Positions 9,300 to 19,279 of a stretch of 64,000 nt of DNA are shown piece after piece. Made by a program: the position numbers and the translations under genes. Under the pieces are notes generated by a model. The model was not told the DNA's origin, made no database searches, and saw only the letters and a list, made by a program, of their open reading frames with translations. The stretch is from Candidatus Staskawiczbacteria bacterium (GTDB taxonomy: Bacteria; Patescibacteriota; Minisyncoccia; Minisyncoccales; Staskawiczbacteraceae). The DNA lies in contig JAPLZF010000009.1 in assembly GCA_026395175.1 (NCBI GenBank), positions 2,290 through 66,289 on the forward strand, given 5' to 3'. How positions within the stretch are numbered: the stretch's first letter is position 1; the number at the start of each line of letters is the position of its first letter.

Positions 9300-9908
9300 T
9301 CAATTAAAAAGGTCGTTTACTCCTCCTTTGCCGTAAACTCCTTCCTGCTTAATAAAAATCAAGTAAAATGTTTTAAATATGATTTTAATATCCAAAAGAA
9401 CCGACCAATTGTCGACATACCAGACATCATACTTTATTCTCTCTTGCCATGTCAAAGAATTTCTGCCGTGTATCAGCGCCCAGCCGGCAAGTCCCGGTTT
9501 TGCCAAAAGTCGCCTTTTTTCAAAATCGTTATATTTTTCAACCTGATAGCGGAGAGTCGGGCGGGGACCCACCAGGCTCATCTCGCCTTTTAAAACATTA
9601 ATCAATTGCGGAAATTCATCAATGCCCCACTTTCTTAAAAATCCGCCGATTTTTGTTATTCTTTCGTCATTTTCAGAAACAGTTATGCCCAATCCTTTAT
9701 TTACGGCTCCCTCCACCATTGTCCTGAATTTAAACGGATAAAATGCTTTTCCATTTTTGCCGATTCTTTCCTGCTTAAAAAAAACAGGACCGGCAGAATC
9801 TATTTTAACTAAAACAGCAATCAATAAAAATAACGGCGACAATAAAATCAATCCTGCCAGCGCGATTGAAAAATCAAAAATCCGCTTTAAAATTAATTGC
9901 CCGGTCAT
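9300..9908 (-). CDS. small monotopic phosphoglycosyl transferase (bacterial sugar transferase, PglC/WecA-alternative type)
   Basis: The 202-aa product has an N-terminal re-entrant helix, KRIFDFSIALAGLILLSPLFLLIAVLV. This is followed by PVFFKQERIGKNGKAFYPFKFRTM. Confidence 0.85.
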   Translation of the reverse strand: MTGQLILKRIFDFSIALAGLILLSPLFLLIAVLVKIDSAGPVFFKQERIGKNGKAFYPFKFRTMVEGAVNKGLGITVSENDERITKIGGFLRKWGIDEFPQLINVLKGEMSLVGPRPTLRYQVEKYNDFEKRRLLAKPGLAGWALIHGRNSLTWQERIKYDVWYVDNWSVLLDIKIIFKTFYLIFIKQEGVYGKGGVNDLFN

Positions 9909-12247
9909 TTCAGTTTTTTATTTAAGAGATTTTCGTATTCTTTTTCCATTCTATCAAAAAATATCCTTTCATCAAAATCTTTTTCGGCTTTTTTCCTTCC
10001 ATTGCTTCCCAGCTCCTCTGATTTTGCCGGGTCGTTCAAAAGATAAATAATGCTTTGAGCCAGTTTTTCAGGATTTTCCGGCGGTACCAAAATGCCGGTT
10101 ATTCCGTCTTCCACCGCTTCCCTGCATCCTCTTATATTTGTTGCAATTACAGGTTTTGCAAAAGAAGAAGCTTCCATAATGCTGTAAGGAAAACCTTCGC
10201 GGTAAGACGGCAAGACAAAAACATCCATCAAAGAATAAATTTCTTCTATGTTTGACAATTCCTGCTCGTATCCTAAAAGAACCGCGTCTTCTTCAATTCC
10301 ATATTCTTTCAAGACAGATTTGTCTAAAGCATCATCTTTTTCTTTGTCCAACGGCGCCACCAAAAGCAATTTTGCGCCGGGTATTTTATTTTTGACTATT
10401 TTGAAAGCTTCAAAAAGGTCTAAATATCCTTTTTCTATGACGAACCTACCCACCATTCCTATTATTTTTTTATTTTCAATTCCCAGCTCTTTCTTTTTAT
10501 TTAAAATAAAATTTTTATCGAATTTTGAAGAATTAAATCGGGATATGTCAACTCCATATCTTAAAAGCTTGATTTTTTTCTTGCTTATAATCTTTTTTTT
10601 AATCGCCCAACTGATATCTTCCTTGTTCTGAGAAGTTATCAAGTCGCAAAAATAAGAAGCGAATTTTTCAGCAGACAATATGGAAACTCTTACCCAAGCG
10701 GGTATTTTTATGCCCACATAGAAGCCGTGGGAAGTATGGACCACTGCCGGAACTCCGGCCAATCTTGCCGCCACTCTTCCCAGAAATCCGGCTTTCGGAG
10801 TATGGGTATGGACTATATCGAATTTTTCTTTTCTAAAATATAAAAATAATTTTATGAAAGGCATAAAATCCGCCAACGGGCTGACGCGCCTGAGCATTTT
10901 AATGTTATAAACGGAAAAGCCCTGCTCTCTTAAAAATCCTGTCCATTTGCCTTCAGAGCAAACTATGGAAACCTCGCAATTTTCTTTCTTCAAAAATTTA
11001 AGCAGGTCCAAAAGTATAAACCTGGCGGTAATGTCGACTGTCGTAACATGGCAAATTTTTATTTTTTTATTCCTGCATATTTTTTTGTCTGCCAATTTTT
11101 TATATTCTTCTTTTATTCTTGAAAAAACTATCTCCTCGTCAAATTCTTTTTCGGCTTTTGCTCTTGCGTTTTCAGCCATTTTTTTTGCCCTGTCGGGATT
11201 TGCCAGCATAAAAATTATGGCTTTTGCCAGCGATTCCGGATTTTGCGGCGGAATTAAAATTCCGTTTTTATTATTTTCAACAGCTTCTTTGCATCCTCTG
11301 ATATTTGTGGTTATTATTGGCCTCTCTTCCGCCATTGCCTCAACCACGGTTCTTGGAAATCCTTCGCGCCATGATGCCAAAACAAAAACGTCCATTAAAG
11401 GATACAATTCGTCAATGTCGATTCTTTCTCCCAAAAATACCACATTATTTTCAATGCCGTAATTTTTGACGATTTTTGGGTCAAAAGCGTCTCCTTTTTC
11501 CAGGTCTTCGGGACCCACGACCAAAAGAAGGGTTTTGGGAAATTTTTCCAAAACCTTTTTGAAAGCTGAAAACAAATCAAAATATCCTTTTTCCCTAACC
11601 AATCTGCCGGCTGTGCCGATAATTTTAAAATCGGGATTCAATCCAAGTTCTGCTTTTTTCCTATTTATAAAATCTTCTGAAAATCTTTTTGAATTGAATT
11701 TTTCAATATCGGCTCCGTTCCCCAAATATCTTATTTTTTTTGGGCTTGTTATTTTTTTTCTTATAACCGTTTCCATATCTTCCTTATTTTGGGAAAAAAT
11801 CAAATCAGAACAACTGTCGGCTGTCTTTTCAATGAAAGTATAAAAATTGCGCTTGAAATACGGCGTCCTGTCTGAGAAATAAAGCCCGTGCAAAGTGTTT
11901 ATAATAATGGGAACTCCTGCTATTTTTCCTGCCAATTGTCCAAGCAGGCCGGGTTTTGGAGTGTGCGTGTGGATTATCTGAAATTTTTCTTTTTTAAAAT
12001 ATAAAAACAGCCGGAAAAGGGAAACCAAATCCGAAAAAGGAGTTATTCTTCTCCTTATTTTTATGTTTTTTACCTTTATTCCTTCAGCTTCTATGTCTTT
12101 TTTCCACTTGCCTTCAGAACAGACAACATAAACATCATATCCTTCTTTCTGCAAAAATTTCAGCTGAGGCAAAAGTAAAAACTTCACCGTGATATCGGCT
12201 GAGGCAACATGGCAGATTTTAATTTTTTCAGCTTGGTTAAAAGACAT
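9905..12247 (-). CDS. tandem GT4-GT4 fusion glycosyltransferase (two complete GT-B modules)
   Basis: The 780-aa product has module 1 at about aa 1-391 (11075..12247) and module 2 at about aa 392-780 (9905..11074). The modules are collinear and paralogous: KICHVASADITVKFLLLPQLKFLQKEGYDVYVVCSEGKW matches KICHVTTVDITARFILLDLLKFLKKENCEVSIVCSEGKW. Likewise IIHTHTPKPGLLGQLAGKIAGVP matches IVHTHTPKAGFLGRVAARLAGVP. Each module ends in an EGFP..EAM motif. Confidence 0.85.
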   Translation of the reverse strand: MSFNQAEKIKICHVASADITVKFLLLPQLKFLQKEGYDVYVVCSEGKWKKDIEAEGIKVKNIKIRRRITPFSDLVSLFRLFLYFKKEKFQIIHTHTPKPGLLGQLAGKIAGVPIIINTLHGLYFSDRTPYFKRNFYTFIEKTADSCSDLIFSQNKEDMETVIRKKITSPKKIRYLGNGADIEKFNSKRFSEDFINRKKAELGLNPDFKIIGTAGRLVREKGYFDLFSAFKKVLEKFPKTLLLVVGPEDLEKGDAFDPKIVKNYGIENNVVFLGERIDIDELYPLMDVFVLASWREGFPRTVVEAMAEERPIITTNIRGCKEAVENNKNGILIPPQNPESLAKAIIFMLANPDRAKKMAENARAKAEKEFDEEIVFSRIKEEYKKLADKKICRNKKIKICHVTTVDITARFILLDLLKFLKKENCEVSIVCSEGKWTGFLREQGFSVYNIKMLRRVSPLADFMPFIKLFLYFRKEKFDIVHTHTPKAGFLGRVAARLAGVPAVVHTSHGFYVGIKIPAWVRVSILSAEKFASYFCDLITSQNKEDISWAIKKKIISKKKIKLLRYGVDISRFNSSKFDKNFILNKKKELGIENKKIIGMVGRFVIEKGYLDLFEAFKIVKNKIPGAKLLLVAPLDKEKDDALDKSVLKEYGIEEDAVLLGYEQELSNIEEIYSLMDVFVLPSYREGFPYSIMEASSFAKPVIATNIRGCREAVEDGITGILVPPENPEKLAQSIIYLLNDPAKSEELGSNGRKKAEKDFDERIFFDRMEKEYENLLNKKLK

Positions 12248-12916
12248 TTATTTTTTGGCAACTATCAGGCAGAGAACAACATATCCCGTCCCCGGCGCGG
12301 GAAGATTGTATCCTAAGCTGTGATTGTTTTTGACTATTTTTTTTATTATTTCAAAATTATTTTCTTCAATCCATTTGTCAAACATTTCCAATTTAAGCGA
12401 ATGCGGATGCCCGGGGTCTCTGGGAAGATTCAGCTGTTCAAGTATGTAAAATTTTCCGCCAGGCTTTAAAATACGCGTGCCTTCCTGCAAAACTTTTTCA
12501 GGGCGAATCACATGCTGTAAAACATTATACAAAAAAACATTGTCTGCAAAATCAGATTTTAAGGGAATTTCTTCTCCCGGAGACTTAATCCTTCTAATCG
12601 ACTTGTCAACAGAATCAATGGGAAGCGGGTCGACGGCAATTTTTTCCTTTGCATTCAGCCTTGTCAAAATTCCTATGGGGCCAGCTCCAATATCAACTAA
12701 TATTTTATTTTTGAAATCATCTGTTTCCTTCAATTCAAAAAATTCTGAAACAATATCAAGCCATTGCTTATCCATTGTGCGCAAATTTTTTTTAAACCAT
12801 TTATTCCAAAATCTTTTCTCGAATTTTTGCGCCAAATGCCAGAGAAATTCCTCTGAAAACAGCGGGCTTAATTTTCTATAAATTTTTTTTCCGGCTTCTT
12901 TGATTTTTTTAAGCAT
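12248..12916 (-). CDS. class I SAM-dependent methyltransferase (Methyltransf_11-like)
   Basis: Motifs present are VDIGAGPIG and ILKPGGKFYILE. Confidence 0.7.
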   Translation of the reverse strand: MLKKIKEAGKKIYRKLSPLFSEEFLWHLAQKFEKRFWNKWFKKNLRTMDKQWLDIVSEFFELKETDDFKNKILVDIGAGPIGILTRLNAKEKIAVDPLPIDSVDKSIRRIKSPGEEIPLKSDFADNVFLYNVLQHVIRPEKVLQEGTRILKPGGKFYILEQLNLPRDPGHPHSLKLEMFDKWIEENNFEIIKKIVKNNHSLGYNLPAPGTGYVVLCLIVAKK

Positions 12917-14010
12917 AAAGAATATATTTTTAATAATTCTTCCGTTATTGAATCCAATGAATACTTTTTAACTGCTTCTTTGTTTTTCAAGGAAATTTGT
13001 TTTCTCAGCTCGCTGTCAGAAAGCAGGCATAAAATTTTTTCAGCCAGCTTGACCGGATTTTTCGGCTCGACCAGAAAACCATTTTCTTTGTCTTTCAATA
13101 TTTCTGGAATTCCCCTCACTCTGGATGCGACAATCGGCAAACCAGACGCCATGGCTTCTAAAATAACAATCGGCAAACCTTCAGACAGGCTGGGCAGGGC
13201 AAAAATATCGGAAGAAATCATATAACCCGGAATTTTATTATTTGGAACATTGCCTATAAAACTCACCTGCTCTTTTAAATCATTTCTTCTAGCAAGGCGC
13301 TCCAATTTTCGGCGTTCTGTCCCTTCGCCGGCTAAAATTAATCTTGCTTCCGGCATTTTTTCTTTTATAATTTTGAAAGCCGTTATCAGATATTCCAAAC
13401 CCTTGACAGCATGAAGCCCGCCGGCAAAAAAAACAATTTTTTCGTCGGGACCGATTTCCAATTTGCGTCGGGATTCTTCTTTCGACAAGCCCTCGAAATT
13501 TTCCAAGCTTATGCCGTTGGGAATGACAACAACCTCTTTTTTGCAGGTTTTTTGTATATTTTTTTTCATATCCTCGGTCAAAGCAATTATTTTGTCGGCA
13601 TTGCCAAAAACAAGCTTGTTGATTATTTTTTTTAATTTCCAATCCAAATAAATATCAGATCCGTGGCCCAAAACAACATACGGCGTTTTAAAAAATTTTT
13701 TATACAATAAAGCTGGAATGCCCATTTGCGTATTTTGGCAATGCACTATATCGGGATTGATATTTTTTATATAAAATGGAATTTTCAGCCAAAAATATAC
13801 AAATCCCAAAGAAGGTATTTTAGGATAAGAAATTCTGCGGACATAAAAATTGGCTTCAACGGTTTCTTTGAATAATTCTTTTCTGCCGGAAGCTATAACA
13901 TGCACCTCGTGTCCTTTTTTTGCCAAATATTTAGCAGTATTGTAGGTTGCAACTTCAATTCCGCGCTTATTTTCTGACTTGAATACAGCGGTTAAAATTA
14001 CTATTTTCAT
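12868..14010 (-). CDS. GT4-family glycosyltransferase
   Basis: The 380-aa product has a GT-B layout with LPSLSEGLPIVILEAMASGLPIVAS, an E-x7-E region. Confidence 0.85.
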   Translation of the reverse strand: MKIVILTAVFKSENKRGIEVATYNTAKYLAKKGHEVHVIASGRKELFKETVEANFYVRRISYPKIPSLGFVYFWLKIPFYIKNINPDIVHCQNTQMGIPALLYKKFFKTPYVVLGHGSDIYLDWKLKKIINKLVFGNADKIIALTEDMKKNIQKTCKKEVVVIPNGISLENFEGLSKEESRRKLEIGPDEKIVFFAGGLHAVKGLEYLITAFKIIKEKMPEARLILAGEGTERRKLERLARRNDLKEQVSFIGNVPNNKIPGYMISSDIFALPSLSEGLPIVILEAMASGLPIVASRVRGIPEILKDKENGFLVEPKNPVKLAEKILCLLSDSELRKQISLKNKEAVKKYSLDSITEELLKIYSLCLKKSKKPEKKFIEN

Positions 14011-14011
14011 T

Positions 14012-14800
14012 TTATTTTTTATTCACTTGTCCGACCATAATTAAATGAAAGCTAAAAAATCTTGAAAAAACCGGATGATTGTCTTCTATTTTTCCGATTG
14101 CGTTTAAAATTTTTATAATTGCGGTTTCGGGCAGAGGAATTGTCAAAAAGAACAGAGCCTTCATAGATTTCCAATTTTTCCAAACGCGCATTTGAGGCGC
14201 CAAATATACTCCGTGGATGCCGACAACTTCTAATCCGGCTCTTTCCATCAAGCATTTTAAGCGCTTGGCTGAATACGACTCTTCATAGCCATACTGCCAT
14301 TTTCCCGCAATTTTTGCCAATATTTTGGAAATGACAAAAAGGCTGTAGCGGTTGGGCACATCTATTATGACATACTTTTTGGAAACTCTGGCCATCTCGC
14401 GGACCGCCTCGATGGATTTTGACATTTTAAAATGTTCAAGCACGCCCTCATTCCAAACTATGTTAAAAGACGAATTTTCAAACGGCAAATCAAACAAATC
14501 TCCTTTTTTTAAATTTTTTGCGCCAAACACTTCTTTTGCTATTTTTAAAGGCTGGCTGTTGCAATCAAGCCCTACTGAATAATGCCCTTTGTTCTGAAAA
14601 TATGAAACTACATAGCCGGAACCGCAACCCGCCTCAAGAATGCTGTCTTTAGGGCTTATATATTTTTCCAAAACTTTTATTAATTTAGAATATATATATT
14701 TGTTTATAGCATCCGGCCCTTCATAATTTTTATAAATCTTGTCCCAAACATTTTCCATATTATTTTCATTTCTCATATTTATTGCTTGATTCCTCTCCAT
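14012..14800 (-). CDS. class I SAM-dependent methyltransferase
   Basis: Motifs present are ILEAGCGSGY and FNIVWNEGVLEHF. Confidence 0.75.
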   Translation of the reverse strand: MERNQAINMRNENNMENVWDKIYKNYEGPDAINKYIYSKLIKVLEKYISPKDSILEAGCGSGYVVSYFQNKGHYSVGLDCNSQPLKIAKEVFGAKNLKKGDLFDLPFENSSFNIVWNEGVLEHFKMSKSIEAVREMARVSKKYVIIDVPNRYSLFVISKILAKIAGKWQYGYEESYSAKRLKCLMERAGLEVVGIHGVYLAPQMRVWKNWKSMKALFFLTIPLPETAIIKILNAIGKIEDNHPVFSRFFSFHLIMVGQVNKK

Positions 14801-15477
14801 GCGATAAACAAATTTAAAAATGGCAAAAAGCCAAACATTTTTCTCTTGTTGTCCATAAGATATTCTTTTTCTGTTTTTCGGCAGTATTTTTTAAGCATTT
14901 TCTCTATCTCCCATGGGAAAAACCATTTTTCTCGGAATTGAAAATCCCTCGGATAAAACCACTTATTAGAAATTTCCATGTATTTTTTAAAAAACATCAA
15001 AGGTAAGAAAAATTTAGGGTGGATAGATGCCTTATTTTTATCTATAATAATTATTTCCCCATTTCTCTTTAAAACTCTAGCCATCTCCTTAATTGATTTT
15101 TCTGTGTTGGGAATTTGCGACAAGACTTCAATGCAAATTAAAAAATCAAACTCGTCATCCATAAATGGCAGATTGCCGGCGCTTGCCTGAACAAATTCAA
15201 TATCCTTATTATTTTTTCTTGCCGCCTTAATCAGCTCTTTCGATGGTTCGACGCCAATTATATTTATAAATCCGAAATCTTTTATTTTTCTGCAAAATCT
15301 TCCTTTGCCGCATCCTACGTCTAAAATTTTTCCATCAGACGGCTTGCCAAGAAATTTTAATATTTTTTTAATCCTAAAATCAGACAAATCTATTTCCTCT
15401 AGAAAAATATGAGAAAATTCATCAAATCTCCGTATTATTTTATTTTCAATTTCATTTTCCTGCATATATTTTTTCAA
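14779..15477 (-). CDS. class I SAM-dependent methyltransferase
   Basis: Motifs present are ILDVGCGKGRF and LKRNGEIIIID. The gene overlaps its neighbours by 22 nt and 26 nt. Confidence 0.75.
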   Translation of the reverse strand: MKKYMQENEIENKIIRRFDEFSHIFLEEIDLSDFRIKKILKFLGKPSDGKILDVGCGKGRFCRKIKDFGFINIIGVEPSKELIKAARKNNKDIEFVQASAGNLPFMDDEFDFLICIEVLSQIPNTEKSIKEMARVLKRNGEIIIIDKNKASIHPKFFLPLMFFKKYMEISNKWFYPRDFQFREKWFFPWEIEKMLKKYCRKTEKEYLMDNKRKMFGFLPFLNLFIAWRGIKQ

Positions 15478-16342
15478 AAATATCCTTATATGTTGCCACC
15501 CAGATGTCTTCTTTTTTTTCTGCGATATAATCCAGCATCAGCTTAAAATCTTCATTACCTGCAATATCTTGGGGGTCAAAATATAAATTGATGTACGAAC
15601 CGGAATCTATTCCAATATCCATCAATTTTTTGAATAATTTATAAAATTCCCCATTTTTTTTGTGTTCCCCGTCTCCTCTTTCCAAGGAATGCCAAGTGTC
15701 AAAAATTGCAAAAGGATGCTTGGGACAAGTGCTTAATGGAAACTCCATTATTTCATTTTTCATAAACGGCAGACCGCAACTGGATGTTTTTATGGCGGAC
15801 ACAGAAGAAGAATATTTATATCCCAGATTGCAAAGAATGCCGTAAACGTCTTCTCCGTGCAAATTTGCAAAATGCGGAGTTCTGAATCCCATCGGAGCAT
15901 AGCCTAATATATTTTTGCAAACTTCATCGCATTTTTTTATTTCTTCCATCCGCTGGCTTGCCGCAAGCTCGTTAAATTTCTGGCCCGGATTCAATTCTTC
16001 GTTATTTGGGTGAGTATAAGTGTGATTTATTATTTCATGGCCTTCTTCAATAATTCTTCTGTGCTGTTTTGGATATTTTTCTATAAGTTTGCCCACGCTG
16101 GCGAAAGATGCCTTGAACGGATAGCGCGAAAGAATGTCTAGCAAAAGTGGTATCGCCATAATATCTTCTGTGTAATCGCAGTCAAAAGACAGGCTCAAAC
16201 ATGATTTTTTCCCGTTCCAGCGCATTTTGCCAACATTTTTCTTGTAAAAAAATTTCAAATAAAAAAACGGACATATTTTTGTAATTGCATATCTGAATGC
16301 CTTATTTCCAAATTTTTTAAATTTTCGGATTATTTCACCCAC
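15452..16342 (-). CDS. polysaccharide deacetylase (CE4/NodB-like)
   Basis: SLSFDCDY stands in the TFDD-like position, and INHTYTHP supplies the H-x-x-x-H metal motif. The track start is a GTG, so the true start is uncertain. Confidence 0.7.
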   Translation of the reverse strand: MGEIIRKFKKFGNKAFRYAITKICPFFYLKFFYKKNVGKMRWNGKKSCLSLSFDCDYTEDIMAIPLLLDILSRYPFKASFASVGKLIEKYPKQHRRIIEEGHEIINHTYTHPNNEELNPGQKFNELAASQRMEEIKKCDEVCKNILGYAPMGFRTPHFANLHGEDVYGILCNLGYKYSSSVSAIKTSSCGLPFMKNEIMEFPLSTCPKHPFAIFDTWHSLERGDGEHKKNGEFYKLFKKLMDIGIDSGSYINLYFDPQDIAGNEDFKLMLDYIAEKKEDIWVATYKDIFEKIYAGK

Positions 16343-16357
16343 AATTTTATATTTTCG

Positions 16358-17242
16358 TTAATTTTTTATTTTTTTAATTCTTCGGGCAAAAGCTGGGCTT
16401 AAAATAGTCAGGCAGACGAAAATCAGCAGTTTCCACGAGGCAAAATTAAAAAGCTTTGAGGCAACGGATTTTATCAGGGATTTTTTAGCGCTTTTATAAT
16501 CTTTTTTGTAAAAAAATACTTTTCCCTGATGATAATATTCAGCAGAACAGCTTACATAACCTCTCCCCGCCTTTTGGACCTGCGCGGCAATTTCTGCAAG
16601 CTTGTTCAACGAAGTCAGGCTGTTTTGGTGATGGCGATAATAATAAAGAAAATCATTTATTCTTTTCATTTTGAAACTCTGCCTAATGCGAAGCCAATAA
16701 TTATAATCTTCTGCCAGCCGTAATTTAAGGTCATATTCGCCGATTTTTTCGTAAACTTCCCTGCGATATAAAAAACAAGCTCCTATAAAATTATTATTAT
16801 CCAGGGATTTTGGCGAACCGGCTCTCAATGGTTTCAATATTTTTCCTGCCTCGTCAATCAAATAAAAATTGGCATAAACAAAACCTATATCTTTATTTTT
16901 TTCCAGAACCTCAGCCATTCTGGCGATAGCTTTTTTAGCGTAAAAATTATCATCTGACGTCCATGTCAAATATTCTCCTGCAGATTTTGCAAAACCGGTA
17001 TTAAGCGCCGCAGGCAAACCTAAATTTTTTTCATGCTTAAAATATCTTATTCTTCTGTCAGAATAAGATTTAATAATATCTGCCGTGTTATCAGAAGAGC
17101 CGTCGTCGACAATAATCAGCTCTAAATTTTTATATGTTTGGTTCAAGCAGCTGTCAATCGACTGCTTTAAATATCTGCTGCCGTTGCAAGTTGGTAAAAC
17201 TATAGAAACTAAAAAATTTTCATTCATATTTCTGCTCTTCAA
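16358..17242 (-). CDS. GT2-family glycosyltransferase
   Basis: The N-terminus reads VSIVLPTCNGSRYLKQSIDSCLNQTYKNLELIIVDDGSSDNT. A downstream DDN and an ED motif are also present. Confidence 0.85.
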   Translation of the reverse strand: MKSRNMNENFLVSIVLPTCNGSRYLKQSIDSCLNQTYKNLELIIVDDGSSDNTADIIKSYSDRRIRYFKHEKNLGLPAALNTGFAKSAGEYLTWTSDDNFYAKKAIARMAEVLEKNKDIGFVYANFYLIDEAGKILKPLRAGSPKSLDNNNFIGACFLYRREVYEKIGEYDLKLRLAEDYNYWLRIRQSFKMKRINDFLYYYRHHQNSLTSLNKLAEIAAQVQKAGRGYVSCSAEYYHQGKVFFYKKDYKSAKKSLIKSVASKLFNFASWKLLIFVCLTILSPAFARRIKKIKN

Positions 17243-18350
17243 GGATTATTCTAATTATTTTTTCTGCCGCTTTTCCATCGCCGAAAGGATTTTTTTTGTC
17301 GCCTTTTGCTATTTTCCTGCCAATCATTTTTTCAGTGGCTTCCAAAATTTTCTTCGGATTTGTCCCTGCCAGCATATTCATTTTAAGTTTTATTGTTTCC
17401 GACCTTTCCGTATTGTCTCTCAAAGTAACGCATGGAACTCCCAGAATAAAAGCCTCTTCCTGTATTCCGCCGGAATCGGTTAATATAAGTTTCGCATTTT
17501 TTTCCAGCTGCAAAAATTCCAGAAATCCGGCAGGCTCTGTTTCAAAAACGCCTTTTGGAAGCGCCAGTTTGAATTCTGATATTTTATTCTTGGTTCTCGG
17601 ATGAATCGGAAAAATTATTGGAATATTAAATTTGCAAAAAACCAGCTCCAGCCCTTTCAATATTTTTTCCAGCCTTTCTTTTTTGTCCACATTTTCCGCC
17701 CTATGGAAAGTTGTCAAAAAATAATCTCTATTTTTTAATTTTAATTTTTTAAGAATTTTTGTTTTTTTATCCGCTATTTTTGCATTTTGTAAAACCGCGT
17801 CAACTATTGTGTTTCCCGTTACAAAAACCTTGCCCAAATCTTTGCCTTCTTGCTGTAAATTTTTTAACGCGTCTTCAGTCGGAACCATCAGAAGGTCGGA
17901 AATGTGGTCTACAATCACTCTTATCACTTCTTCTAACATAGACGTATCGTGGCTTCTTAAGCCGGCTTCGTGATGGACAAGCTTGATTCCCAATTTATTG
18001 GCGGCAAGAGCTCCGGCTAAAACCGATATTGTATCTCCCTGCACAACAACTGCATCGGGCTTTTCTTTCAACAAAACCGCCGTGATGTTTTTAACCATTA
18101 TTCCCACTTGTTTTCTGTATGGCTGTCCGCCGGTTTTAAGATTATATTTTGACCCAGGCAGGTTTAAATCTTTAAAAAATATTTCGTCCATTTTCTGGCT
18201 ATAGTGCTGTCCGGTATGCAAAATAAAATAGTCCAGCCCTTTCTTTTGGCATTCTCTGACAATCGGGGCCATTTTTATTATTTCAGGCCGAGTGCCTAAA
18301 ATTATGCAAATTTTTGTTTTATAATTTTTCATTTTGCTTGTACCACTCAA
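17220..18350 (-). CDS. wecB: UDP-N-acetylglucosamine 2-epimerase (non-hydrolysing)
   Basis: Motifs present are ICIILGTRPEIIKMAP, VVVQGDT, HHEAGLRS and LTDSGGIQEEA. Confidence 0.85.
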   Translation of the reverse strand: MSGTSKMKNYKTKICIILGTRPEIIKMAPIVRECQKKGLDYFILHTGQHYSQKMDEIFFKDLNLPGSKYNLKTGGQPYRKQVGIMVKNITAVLLKEKPDAVVVQGDTISVLAGALAANKLGIKLVHHEAGLRSHDTSMLEEVIRVIVDHISDLLMVPTEDALKNLQQEGKDLGKVFVTGNTIVDAVLQNAKIADKKTKILKKLKLKNRDYFLTTFHRAENVDKKERLEKILKGLELVFCKFNIPIIFPIHPRTKNKISEFKLALPKGVFETEPAGFLEFLQLEKNAKLILTDSGGIQEEAFILGVPCVTLRDNTERSETIKLKMNMLAGTNPKKILEATEKMIGRKIAKGDKKNPFGDGKAAEKIIRIILEEQKYE

Positions 18351-19266
18351 ATGTTTTTGCCAATCCGTCTTTAAAGTTGACTATCGGATGATAATTAATG
18401 ATATTTTCTGCTTTTGAAATGTCGGCTTTTGAATGCAGAACGTCGCCCTGCCTTTCTTTCTGATAGTCTGCTTTAATGTCTTTGCCGGTTATTTCTTTCA
18501 ACAAATCTACCAATTGGTTAAGGCTAGTTTGGTCTCCGCAGGCAATATTCAAAACCTCTCCGTTGCCTTCTCCTGAATTGGCTGCCAATATATTTGCTTG
18601 GACGACATTTTCCACAAAAGTAAAATCTCGGCTTTGTTCTCCTGTTCCGTAAATTATCGGCCTTTCGTTTTTAAGAAAAGCAAAAATAAAATTCGGCATA
18701 ACCGCCGCATATTGGGATTTTGGGTCTTGCCTTGGCCCGAATACATTAAAATAGCGCAGAGAAATTGTTGGAAATTTATAAATCTGCCAAAAAATCTGGC
18801 AATATCTTTCTCCGGCATATTTTGTCAAAGCATAAGGTGAAATCGGCTTTATCGGAAAATCCTCTCTTTTCGGCAGTTCCGGATTATCACCGTAAATAGA
18901 CGAAGAAGACGCATAAACAAATTTTTTGACGCCTTCGTCTTTTGCTGCAACCAATAAATTAAGGGTTGATGTGATATTCGAATCATTTGATTTTATTGGG
19001 TCTTCAATAGACCTTGCCACCGAAGGAACCGCCGCCTCGTGTAAAACGAAATCTATTCCTTTCACTGATTTTCTGGCAATATCCAAGTCTGTCAAATCTC
19101 CCTCGATAAATTCAAAATTCGGGTTATCAAAAAACTCTTCAATGTTCTCTTTTTTGCCGGTAGACAAGTTATCTGCAACTCTGACAAATTCCCCTTTTTC
19201 TAAAAGTTTTTTTACGATGTTGGAACCGATGAATCCGGCTCCACCCGTAACTAAATATTTTTTCAT
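18319..19266 (-). CDS. NAD-dependent nucleotide-sugar 4-epimerase (WbpP/TviC/GalE-like extended SDR)
   Basis: Motifs present are MKKYLVTGGAGFIGSNIV, DNLSTGKKENI and the YxxxK element YALTKYAGE. The track start at 19326 adds 20 implausible residues, so I chose the ATG at 19266 immediately before the Rossmann motif. Confidence 0.7.
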   Translation of the reverse strand: MKKYLVTGGAGFIGSNIVKKLLEKGEFVRVADNLSTGKKENIEEFFDNPNFEFIEGDLTDLDIARKSVKGIDFVLHEAAVPSVARSIEDPIKSNDSNITSTLNLLVAAKDEGVKKFVYASSSSIYGDNPELPKREDFPIKPISPYALTKYAGERYCQIFWQIYKFPTISLRYFNVFGPRQDPKSQYAAVMPNFIFAFLKNERPIIYGTGEQSRDFTFVENVVQANILAANSGEGNGEVLNIACGDQTSLNQLVDLLKEITGKDIKADYQKERQGDVLHSKADISKAENIINYHPIVNFKDGLAKTFEWYKQNEKL

Positions 19267-19279
19267 AAAATAATTATTA

